Below, piece by piece: positions 27,441 to 35,615 of a stretch of DNA of 64,000 nt. The stretch is from a virus: IMG/VR virus record IMGVR_UViG_3300012920_000023, positions 32,001-96,000 of that record; one strand, 5' to 3'. The position numbers and the translations under genes are program-made. Position 1 is the stretch's first letter, and every line of letters starts with the position of its first letter. Under the pieces are notes generated by a model. The model had not been told where the DNA came from, did no database searches, and was given only the letters and a program-made list of their open reading frames with translations.

Positions 27441-27610
27441 TGGCTTATGAGTCTGAGGTTTTCTATTTATCCGAACTGTGGCATACTAGCCCTTGCGAGA
27501 TAAGTAAAATCCCCTATTCCCTGCGAAAGCGACTATGTGATCAGAAAGACGACCTCGAGAGGAGGAGACAGGCACACAATAGAAGCGGAAGCACCCGGAA
27601 AGTTCGCTAA
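27419..27610 (+). CDS. Programmed -1 frameshift extension of the tail chaperone (gpGT / P2 E+E' type)
   Basis: T TTT TTC heptamer 27419..27425; the -1 frame reads ...PLGNIVAYESEVFYLSELWHTSPCEISKIPYSLRKRLCDQK... to TAA 27608..27610. Confidence 0.8.
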   Translation, partial: FFPLGNIVAYESEVFYLSELWHTSPCEISKIPYSLRKRLCDQKDDLERRRQAHNRSGSTRKVR

Positions 27611-27624
27611 ACGGAGAATGCCAA

Positions 27625-30441
27625 ATGTCACTACTAGGTTTTAACTTTTCTTTTGGTGCTAGGGATGATGGTTTTGCGTCGGCCTTAACAAGAGCCGGTT
27701 CCGGCATTCAAAACGTCTCGGCCAAGTTTGATGGTTTAGCCAAGCAGGTGAGCAGTGGAAACTTCTTCAATGCGATGAACACTCTACAACTTGATCGGAT
27801 TGGCGATCAGTTAGCAGGATTGAAAGGTCAAAGCACTCAACTAGAGACAAGTCTAGAGGGTACGTTCAGAGGTATGTCTGCCGAAATAAGGCCGGCATTG
27901 GCTCAAATGAATCTGACTCAAAAAGAGTTCAGTAGAGCCAACTCTCAAATTGTGTCTACAGCAGACGCTTTAAATGTGGGTGCAGGGGAAGTTGCTTCGT
28001 CATTTCGGGCGATAAGTCGTACCGGAGAAAGCACTAAAAAAGTGCTGAAAAGCATGGGCATCGGGATGAAAGAGTTGACCTTAATCCAAAAGGCAACGGG
28101 GATGGAGTCTGAACAGTTCACGGCCTTAGTCACAAACCTTACTGACTCCTATGGCTTCAATACAGAAGAGACCAAGAGTTTCCTAAACAACTTTACAAAC
28201 TTAAGTCAAGGTTTAGGCATTGCAGACATAGCCTTTGGTTCGCTCCAAGAAACAATGGGGACACTAGACGAAACTTTATCTTCAAACACACAGTTTATGG
28301 CGATGAGTCGTGAAGAGCAGGCGAAGCACGTTGAAGAACAGGTCATGGGCGTGCAGAGGCTAACCAAGTCGTTTATGACGCTAGGTAAAACGCCACAAGA
28401 GGCTCAAGCGTCGGCACTCCAATTCTTTAAGACGATTAGTCAAGAACGCAAAAGCATTAATGGTATGACTATTGGTATAGGAGATATGGGGGAGACGTTT
28501 AAGTCATTGGCAGAAGAAGCCGGTTTTCAGAACGTGGATAAACTGTTTAGCAATATATCTTCTGATCCGGTGCAGGCACTCCAACAGATAATGGAGATGC
28601 AGGAGGAATTGGCTAAAGCCGGTGATCCTGCGAAACTAGCCCGTTTCAACTCAAAATTGCAGGACATGATGGGCGGTTTGGCATTTATGAAAGATGCCGG
28701 CAAAGGGTTTAGAGACTCTCTCGGAAAGGTAAATGAAGCCACATCAAAGACGGGCGATGGATTAGTAGGCATGGCCAAAAGGGCACACACCACGAATCGT
28801 GGTCTCGATGAGGTGCTTACTAGGATGGAAGACCGGTTTGAAAGGAACTTGATGAAGTTGACCGGTAACACCCGTACGATGTTTGTTCGGCAACAGAGAG
28901 ACATGTATAAGGTTGTTGGTAAAGAAGCGAAGAACCTTGCCGGTAATGAGACTTGGGGGCCACTCTTCAAGCAGTTTGTGTCTGCAAGAAAGATTGGAGC
29001 ATCGGCATTCTTCTTACCAATGCAACGAGATGCCAAGCAGACAAAAAAGGCTCTTGCCGGAATTGACGAGGCTGTGGGTCAAGGTGGGCTTTTGGGTCGG
29101 TTTAAGGCGATACAGTCGGCAGGTATAGCAGGGTTCTTTATGGACTTAGACGGGGCTTTTAAGTCAAACGCAGACAGGCTTAAGGACGCAGAGGACAAGG
29201 CTTTAAAATACTATGCAAGACTTGAAGCGATTGGGTTGACAACGGAGACATTAAAGCCGGCTCTCATGGCTCTCGGGACAGCGTTTGCAAGTCTGTTTGT
29301 AGTGACTAAGGTTGTCAGTTCTCTTGCTACATTAGTATCTATAGGTGGTTCTGTAGCCGGGGTGCTTACTTCAATCGCCGGGGGAATAGCGTCGGCAATC
29401 GGGGCAATAGCGTCTGCCCCGGCGGTCATTGCGGTGGCACTCGCCGGATTAATATACGGCATCGGTGAGGGGATAAAGTTTCTCGCAAACGCCCCTCAAG
29501 AGTTCTTCGACGGCATAGCAGACACGATTGACAATGCCACAATATATTTAAGTGATGCGTTTGATGCGATCATGGACATAGATGTATTTATGATGGTGAC
29601 AACAATGCTAGATAAACTAGAGGATTGGATATTTTCTGTATTTAAAGGCTTGGCTTCGTTTTTTAGCAACCCGTCTAAGTTTATGGTTGTTATAAATGCG
29701 ATAGGTCGTTTCGGCATAAAACTTGGAATGGTTGCTGTCGCAGTTTTAGGAAAACTAGGTGAAGTGTTCGTTGCTATAGGGCTTAAAGCAGTTTCAAACT
29801 TGCAGAGAGGATTTCAATTCGGCATGAATCTTCTTGACGAATATGTGGGGAAGCCTCTCAGATCGTTAGGCCGTAAGATTAGTAAGGCATGGAACGAAAG
29901 GATAGTCGAGCCGGTAGCCAAGGCAGGCACTTATCTGTACGATGCTTTTACAAAGCCTTTTGAATATATCTCCGAATGGTGGGCAGGCTTCTCGTTAGTT
30001 GATAAGTTTAAGGAGAACGTGTGGTTCCCATTGGCGAGGTTCATAATAACGATTGGAAAATCGATCATGATCTTCTTTAATGATGTACTGATTAAACCGT
30101 TTCAAGGTCTTATCAACATGCTCATTAAAGTGTTCAACAGTGTAAATGACCTCTTACCTAAGAGTCTTCAGTTAGCAAGAAAAGAGTACGTTAATTTCTC
30201 ACTTACTGATGAAAACATGGGTGATGTCCTCATGGGTCGGGTGACTTCTGATTACGGTAAAGAGCCGGCAGGAAAAGATGTAAAAGTTGCTGTTGATCAG
30301 ACTAAGGTCGAGCGTTTACTCGCAGATGGCATCAAGATAAATAAAGAAATGCTTGAAGAGGCGAAACGATCCCGTGGAACCCCCAAAGGTGGCACATCGC
30401 CACATAATACCGGAACCACACAAGTAGCACTTAGGAGATAG
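27625..30441 (+). CDS. Tape measure protein
   Basis: 938 aa, helical, A/G/M-rich with hydrophobic segments and periodic W/F; follows the frameshifted chaperone. Confidence 0.9.
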   Translation: MSLLGFNFSFGARDDGFASALTRAGSGIQNVSAKFDGLAKQVSSGNFFNAMNTLQLDRIGDQLAGLKGQSTQLETSLEGTFRGMSAEIRPALAQMNLTQKEFSRANSQIVSTADALNVGAGEVASSFRAISRTGESTKKVLKSMGIGMKELTLIQKATGMESEQFTALVTNLTDSYGFNTEETKSFLNNFTNLSQGLGIADIAFGSLQETMGTLDETLSSNTQFMAMSREEQAKHVEEQVMGVQRLTKSFMTLGKTPQEAQASALQFFKTISQERKSINGMTIGIGDMGETFKSLAEEAGFQNVDKLFSNISSDPVQALQQIMEMQEELAKAGDPAKLARFNSKLQDMMGGLAFMKDAGKGFRDSLGKVNEATSKTGDGLVGMAKRAHTTNRGLDEVLTRMEDRFERNLMKLTGNTRTMFVRQQRDMYKVVGKEAKNLAGNETWGPLFKQFVSARKIGASAFFLPMQRDAKQTKKALAGIDEAVGQGGLLGRFKAIQSAGIAGFFMDLDGAFKSNADRLKDAEDKALKYYARLEAIGLTTETLKPALMALGTAFASLFVVTKVVSSLATLVSIGGSVAGVLTSIAGGIASAIGAIASAPAVIAVALAGLIYGIGEGIKFLANAPQEFFDGIADTIDNATIYLSDAFDAIMDIDVFMMVTTMLDKLEDWIFSVFKGLASFFSNPSKFMVVINAIGRFGIKLGMVAVAVLGKLGEVFVAIGLKAVSNLQRGFQFGMNLLDEYVGKPLRSLGRKISKAWNERIVEPVAKAGTYLYDAFTKPFEYISEWWAGFSLVDKFKENVWFPLARFIITIGKSIMIFFNDVLIKPFQGLINMLIKVFNSVNDLLPKSLQLARKEYVNFSLTDENMGDVLMGRVTSDYGKEPAGKDVKVAVDQTKVERLLADGIKINKEMLEEAKRSRGTPKGGTSPHNTGTTQVALRR

Positions 30442-30449
30442 GAGTAAGT

Positions 30450-30797
30450 ATGCCTAAAACTATAGGATCAAAACCAAATCGAAACTCTTGGCTAAACTTC
30501 TGTGAACCTACCGAAATAAAGTTAATCAAAGGATCATTCAAAAACCCGGAGAGGACGGGGTATTTTGAGTTGTTCATCCCCCCCACTATCCCAAGTTCTG
30601 AGAATGACATAAGGCATATTGTGTCTGTACATGAACGAGTCGACTTGATTGCACACAAGTATTATGGAACGTCAGAACTTTGGTGGGTCATTGCGGAGCG
30701 TAACAATATTGATCTCCCCATAGCAGAATTAAGAAGAGGGATGGAGTTGATCATTCCTGCAAGAAGTGTCGTTGAACTAGTTATTTCAAAGGTGTAA
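30450..30797 (+). CDS. LysM-like baseplate wedge protein (T4 gp53 / P2 gpX-like)
   Basis: ERVDLIAHKYYG...LWWVIAERN...G..LIIP. Confidence 0.88.
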   Translation: MPKTIGSKPNRNSWLNFCEPTEIKLIKGSFKNPERTGYFELFIPPTIPSSENDIRHIVSVHERVDLIAHKYYGTSELWWVIAERNNIDLPIAELRRGMELIIPARSVVELVISKV

Positions 30798-30802
30798 AAA
30801 TT

Positions 30803-32065
30803 ATGGCCGGAAGTTCTCATTTTAATGCTCTCTGTCAGATCACGATTCATACCGTTAATGGTCAAGATGTCGCTATGGGTGTCGGTACTGACTACCCATT
30901 TGTTACGTCCGTACAGGTCACTCGTGTCTTTGAGAGGTCGTCGGATATTAGCGTCACGATTGAAGCACCGTTCAACGAGGGTCGTGAAATGATGAATAGT
31001 GATCTGTTTCATAGTGGAAATAAGATCACCATAAGAATGAGTTATCCGGACGATTCAAAGGCTCAATTTGAAGTGCAGGGCGTTATTCTCAAGGGGGGAG
31101 TCGGGTTGTCTGTCACCCCAAATGGGATCAGTGGTTCTCTTTCTGTCCGTGGCACAAGTATAACATCGGAGCAGAAGAAGCCTATGGTGCAACCCGGTGA
31201 AAACTATGATGCCTTTGTTTGGCTCAAAGCGGTGGTTGTAGAGGCCGGGTATATTGATCTTATAGCATCTGAGAGAATAAAGAATGATCTCAGTATCATC
31301 GATACGCAGTTTAATGGAGCGAATAGTCTAGAGGGGCATTTAGAGGATTTCTGTATGATGAACGGCTTCCGATGGGTTGAGAACTACGATATGGACAGGG
31401 GAGGCAACATCATTGAAATCCTAGACGATGAAGAGATCGATATAAAGCCGGTGTCTAGAATATTTGTAATGAGAGATTCATTTATGGACACGGCGTATCT
31501 TGCTAACAATGAGTTTATCAAGAACGCAGGAGCAGAAAAGGCCACTGCCTATCCAATTATCTCTTATTCTCCGGAGTTATCCGGGGGATTCTTCGCTAAT
31601 ACAGAGACTATGAAATCAAGTTTAAGAGGTATAGATGGTGATGGTAAAACGGAAGTGAAAGACGAGACCGCCAAGTCTGTAAGGTCGGTTAAGCAGGGGA
31701 TAAAGGGGGGAGACCCGTCAGATGGCACAGAGGATCAACAGGCAGGTGGAACGACAACGGTCAAGGCGGTAGACGAAAAGACCACCGGCGAGGTCATAAG
31801 TCCGCTTTATCCGGAGACTAAAGATAGAGATGTAGACAAAAAGAGACTCGTTAGAGTCATGAGTAGGAATTTGATATCGTACAATGCGAGCCTTACCACT
31901 TTTGGTGTGCCGGATCTCGTACCGTCAGAGAGGATTGCTGTTGTCGGATTAGGTGCTCTCCTTGATGGAATCTTTACAGTCAAAGAGGTTACTCAAGTTT
32001 GGAGTGCCGGCAAAATAGATACGACCATAGGGATATATGGACGAACCAATGGAGTAGATGCATGA
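30803..32065 (+). CDS. Baseplate hub protein (gp27 / late control D-like)
   Basis: C-terminal GVPDLVP...IAVVGLG..LDG.F.VKEVT; position between LysM and spike genes. Confidence 0.75.
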   Translation: MAGSSHFNALCQITIHTVNGQDVAMGVGTDYPFVTSVQVTRVFERSSDISVTIEAPFNEGREMMNSDLFHSGNKITIRMSYPDDSKAQFEVQGVILKGGVGLSVTPNGISGSLSVRGTSITSEQKKPMVQPGENYDAFVWLKAVVVEAGYIDLIASERIKNDLSIIDTQFNGANSLEGHLEDFCMMNGFRWVENYDMDRGGNIIEILDDEEIDIKPVSRIFVMRDSFMDTAYLANNEFIKNAGAEKATAYPIISYSPELSGGFFANTETMKSSLRGIDGDGKTEVKDETAKSVRSVKQGIKGGDPSDGTEDQQAGGTTTVKAVDEKTTGEVISPLYPETKDRDVDKKRLVRVMSRNLISYNASLTTFGVPDLVPSERIAVVGLGALLDGIFTVKEVTQVWSAGKIDTTIGIYGRTNGVDA

Positions 32066-32979
32066 TTGATCAGAAGTTAAGGGTTCTAGACCCGATAGGT
32101 TGGCTAAGAAAATGTATTAAGATGTTCGGTATAGGGAGAGCGTTAGGCAGGTATTATGGGGTTTATAGAGGGCAGGTCATAGATAATGAAGATGAAGAGA
32201 ACCGGGGCAGGATAAGGGTTCTTGTGCCGGCAATCGGACACATCGACGAGGCTGATGTACCAAGCACTATATATGCTCTACCAACCGGCATGACCTCCGG
32301 GCTTAAAACGAATCCACATGGGATCTATTTTACGCCCGATGTGGGAGATTTTGTTTGGGTTATGTTTGAAGACGGATTGACTCACCTGCCTATTTACTTC
32401 ACCGGATGGGTTAATCGCAGTGCGGTTGCGTCGGGCAGTAATGTTAAAGGAACGGCAGTCAAAGGGTTCTTTACCAAGTCGGGGCATGCCGTTGAACTTG
32501 ATGATGAGAGCGGAAATATTCTTATTCAAAGGGGTGGGAGTAGCACGATGATATCCATGTCGACAGATGGGTTTGATGATGAGATTGTGATTTCAAATAA
32601 CAGTGGAACAAATGTATATTTGACCACAGACAAGGCTACTGTCTTCGCTAAAGACGGCTCTCATGTGTCAGTGGGCGGTGATAACGTAAGTATGGTTAAT
32701 TCGAGTGGCTCATATATGAGCATAAAAGGCGGTAACATCACTCTTGGGGCATCGGGCAGTATCGTTATATCCGCAGGGGCAAAGATAAGCCTTAAGGGAT
32801 CTGTGGACTTAGGAAATGGGCCGGTTTATGAACCTGCTGTCTTAGGAACAAAGATGGCGGTCTCATGGCAGGCACATTCACATGTAAGTGCCGGCCCGGG
32901 TAACTTGACCGTTCCCGGAACTAATAATGTTCCTATGACTCCGGGGGCACAGTTAAGCGGTCAAGTGAGGTTATCATGA
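32062..32979 (+). CDS. Baseplate central spike (gp5 / gpV / VgrG-like)
   Basis: YYGVYRGQVIDNED...GRIRVLVP, PDVGD.VWV.FE.G OB-fold, TKSGH, beta repeats, HSH tip motif; start at ATG 32062. Confidence 0.92.
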   Translation: MIDQKLRVLDPIGWLRKCIKMFGIGRALGRYYGVYRGQVIDNEDEENRGRIRVLVPAIGHIDEADVPSTIYALPTGMTSGLKTNPHGIYFTPDVGDFVWVMFEDGLTHLPIYFTGWVNRSAVASGSNVKGTAVKGFFTKSGHAVELDDESGNILIQRGGSSTMISMSTDGFDDEIVISNNSGTNVYLTTDKATVFAKDGSHVSVGGDNVSMVNSSGSYMSIKGGNITLGASGSIVISAGAKISLKGSVDLGNGPVYEPAVLGTKMAVSWQAHSHVSAGPGNLTVPGTNNVPMTPGAQLSGQVRLS

Positions 32980-33326
32980 TTTGTAATGAAGACCATTTCC
33001 CGGCGTTTAGTCTGCCGGGGTTAAGTTTACCGATACCAACTCTCGATTTTAGTATTCCTCTCCCGGAACTCCCGGAACTCCCCGACCTGCCAACGATACC
33101 GGGTATCTCTCTATCATTACCAACCTTGAGTCTGCCTATCCCGACTCTCGATTTTAGCATCCCACTTCCCGAATTGCCGGACTTGCCGGACTTGCCTACA
33201 ATCCCCGGCATATCTCTCTCGCTTCCGACTGTAAGTCTTCCCATACCAACCCTAGATTTTAGTATTCCCCTGCCGGAACTGCCGGAACTGCCAACCATAT
33301 CACTGTGCCCACTAGATCATCGCTAA
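32976..33326 (+). CDS. Pro/Leu-rich protein made of three 35-aa repeats
   Basis: Unit SLPxLSLPIPTLDFSIPLPELPxLPDLPTIPGISL, last copy truncated; ATGA-coupled to the spike gene. Confidence 0.75.
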   Translation: MICNEDHFPAFSLPGLSLPIPTLDFSIPLPELPELPDLPTIPGISLSLPTLSLPIPTLDFSIPLPELPDLPDLPTIPGISLSLPTVSLPIPTLDFSIPLPELPELPTISLCPLDHR

Positions 33327-33335
33327 GGAGAAATC

Positions 33336-33710
33336 ATGGCAAACCGTGAGATAAGAGGAATCGGATTTCCGTTTGATAGAGGATCGACTTCGTTCCCCGA
33401 CACAGCAAATGGAACCAATGCGATAATAGCAAGAGTTAAGTCTCTTCTTACAACCGGGCCGGGTGAAGTGCCCATGCAACCAAATCAAGGCTCCATTGTT
33501 CAAAAGTACGTCTTTGAAAATATGACACCTTTAATGCGTTCCTATCTCTCTGATGAGATTAGAAATCAGATCAACACATTCATACCTCAGATGAATGTAG
33601 TTAGTGTCGCCACTGAGGTGAAAGACAATATAGTAACAACCACGGTTGAGTACGTTCTTGAGGGTGTAGCCGGAAACTTAGAGGTCGAGTTCGGCCCCGA
33701 CGGAGGTTGA
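33336..33710 (+). CDS. Baseplate wedge / sheath initiator (T4 gp25-like)
   Basis: GIGFPF, LLTT.PGE.PM.P..GS....VFE. Confidence 0.92.
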   Translation: MANREIRGIGFPFDRGSTSFPDTANGTNAIIARVKSLLTTGPGEVPMQPNQGSIVQKYVFENMTPLMRSYLSDEIRNQINTFIPQMNVVSVATEVKDNIVTTTVEYVLEGVAGNLEVEFGPDGG

Positions 33711-34007
33711 TTCGGGTAGGATAATGCTCTGCCTAAGTATCTTAGAGACACGGCTTAACGAGAATGCTTCCAATGAGGAGGCGATTTCATCATTGCCCTC
33801 TTTCTTCATACGAATCATCTCGTCTTCAATCTTTATCCCTTTTCGGTAAAGTAGAGTGACAATCTCTAGCATAAAGGCGTTCTCAATTCGTGCACTCGTG
33901 TGCGTTGAACAATCCCTAAGTAATTCTAGGGCAACTTTACGAGCAAGATACAACTCATTCAACATTACATGGAACTTATCTTGTTCCTTATCAACCGCTT
34001 CACTCAT
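33678..34007 (-). CDS. Hypothetical protein
   Basis: Coupled within a minus-strand cluster. Confidence 0.55.
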   Translation of the reverse strand: MSEAVDKEQDKFHVMLNELYLARKVALELLRDCSTHTSARIENAFMLEIVTLLYRKGIKIEDEMIRMKKEGNDEIASSLEAFSLSRVSKILRQSIILPESTSVGAELDL

Positions 34008-34447
34008 AATCTATCTGCTATATCCTTATCGTGGTTCAAGTCTCCCATGTCATGGAGATGCTTCATAATAAAAGCGTAAACTCTGCCCCATCCCCATTGC
34101 TGTGGAGATACCCCGGGACGGCGTCCGGCGGTTTTACTCGCCTTTACACCTCTAGCAAATATCTCTTCAAGGTCTTTTAAGGGAATGCCGGTGGCATCTG
34201 AAACCGATTTTAGTCCACCGTCCAAGTCTCCATAGGTTTTTTTGAATGCCTTGGTGTATTGAGACGGTTTTGTCTTTGCGTCATCTCCGGGCAAGGGCAG
34301 GTCTAAAGTTGGCGAGTCCGGGTCTTTTAAGGCAATCTTTTTACGCCTAGAAATCTCTCGATCTCGCTTCTGTCGCAACTCTTTATCAAGGCCGGACAGG
34401 TATCTTGCAGGATTGTCATCCCCTTTAAACCGATATGCCCTCTTCAT
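34004..34447 (-). CDS. Basic viral protein, DUF5824-like
   Basis: KTKPSQYTKAFKK...ATGIP...RG...RPGVSPQQWGWGRVYAF resembles the RPG.TPQQWG.ARV family of T4-like phages and prasinoviruses. Confidence 0.6.
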   Translation of the reverse strand: MKRAYRFKGDDNPARYLSGLDKELRQKRDREISRRKKIALKDPDSPTLDLPLPGDDAKTKPSQYTKAFKKTYGDLDGGLKSVSDATGIPLKDLEEIFARGVKASKTAGRRPGVSPQQWGWGRVYAFIMKHLHDMGDLNHDKDIADRL

Positions 34448-34452
34448 AATGA

Positions 34453-34803
34453 CTATTCCACGTCTTCTGATTCGTCAGAGACATCAGACTCTTCGGAATC
34501 TTCGACTTCTTCGGAGTCTGCGGAATCTTCTTCAAACGAAATGTCGATGCCATCTTCCTCAGATTCGGCTTGAAGTTCGTCCTCAGAGTTATCGCCGGAG
34601 CCTGTGATTCGTGCGTATTCGGCCTGTAGACCTTGAAGCGAAAGTGCACATGCTTGAATAATGATCTGTCTCTCATAAGGGTTAAGCAGTACACGCTCTG
34701 CCACTGCGGTTACGACTTTTACTGCTTCAAAACGTGCTTCAACAATCTGTTCTTCGGTAGGTTGCTGTTGAGTGTTTGCTTCACTGCTCATAGTTCTCTC
34801 CAT
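34453..34803 (-). CDS. Hypothetical protein with very acidic C-terminus
   Basis: D/E/S-rich tail. Confidence 0.6.
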   Translation of the reverse strand: MERTMSSEANTQQQPTEEQIVEARFEAVKVVTAVAERVLLNPYERQIIIQACALSLQGLQAEYARITGSGDNSEDELQAESEEDGIDISFEEDSADSEEVEDSEESDVSDESEDVE

Positions 34804-35113
34804 TAAGGCGTTTTCTTAGGTCTGAGTTTTCTCTTTCAAGAAACTCGAGTTTAACTTTCATTGCCGACAACTCGGCTGTGAGTTGGCCAATCTGCTGTAG
34901 CAGTGTGACTCTCTCGGAGTTTTGACTATCTATCATTGCCTCTAATTTTGCAACCCTTTCTCTTAGATCATCACGATATTGAACCAACTTGGTTTCGTCG
35001 TTTCTCTCACGCTCAAGTTTGAGTTCGGACTTCTTTTGAAGCCAATCCCAAAGTTTTGATCCTGCAAGAGCGGTCGCAATCGCTCCTATTAATGTGACAT
35101 AATCAGATTTCAT
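34781..35113 (-). CDS. Membrane-anchored coiled-coil protein
   Basis: N-terminal hydrophobic helix then heptad repeats; possible lysis accessory. Confidence 0.6.
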   Translation of the reverse strand: MKSDYVTLIGAIATALAGSKLWDWLQKKSELKLERERNDETKLVQYRDDLRERVAKLEAMIDSQNSERVTLLQQIGQLTAELSAMKVKLEFLERENSDLRKRLNGENYEQ

Positions 35114-35114
35114 A

Positions 35115-35507
35115 CTATTTCTCCCGATATATTTTCTCTCGATAGAGTCGCCATTTTAAGTAAAAAGGTGGCAGTAGAAGTGTTGCAACTAAATAACATA
35201 TTCTGCCGGCAGGGGAGCCAAGATGTTCAGTTTGAGCATAAATATGACTCGCATAGTAAACCGCCATGAGACTAAACGCTCGGTGCCTGTGGTTCAGATC
35301 CCTAGTTATAGTGCTCGCTAGAGAGTAGAGAGCGATGATCATTCCCGAAGCGATCATAAGTAGCGGATAACCCCTAAAAGTTGCTCCATAAGTTGACTTT
35401 GCTAAAAGAGTCAAACCAAGGCACAGTTCAAGCAGGTGCGTATCACTCCACAGGAGTATATTCTTGAGCCGGTTAAAGGCTCCATCTTCTTTATTAGTGT
35501 AACTCAT
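35115..35507 (-). CDS. Multi-pass membrane protein
   Basis: About four hydrophobic segments. Confidence 0.6.
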   Translation of the reverse strand: MSYTNKEDGAFNRLKNILLWSDTHLLELCLGLTLLAKSTYGATFRGYPLLMIASGMIIALYSLASTITRDLNHRHRAFSLMAVYYASHIYAQTEHLGSPAGRICYLVATLLLPPFYLKWRLYREKIYREK

Positions 35508-35615
35508 CTAAACTCTCTACTTTAAGGCTGTTCCAACTTAGGTTATTTTACAATGGTTCAACGGACTACACAATCATCGATTGTTCAAGTAGAATAATAA
35601 CAGTATGAGTTAGGA

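Noticed and set aside
27486-27707. Minus-strand 73-aa ORF in the chaperone-tape measure gap
   Set aside because: The gap is better explained by the plus-strand -1 frameshift extension
32933-33298. Minus-strand Gly/Ser/Arg repeat ORF
   Set aside because: Mirror of the Pro/Leu repeat gene; the plus-strand ORF is coupled to its neighbours and shows the synonymous-change pattern
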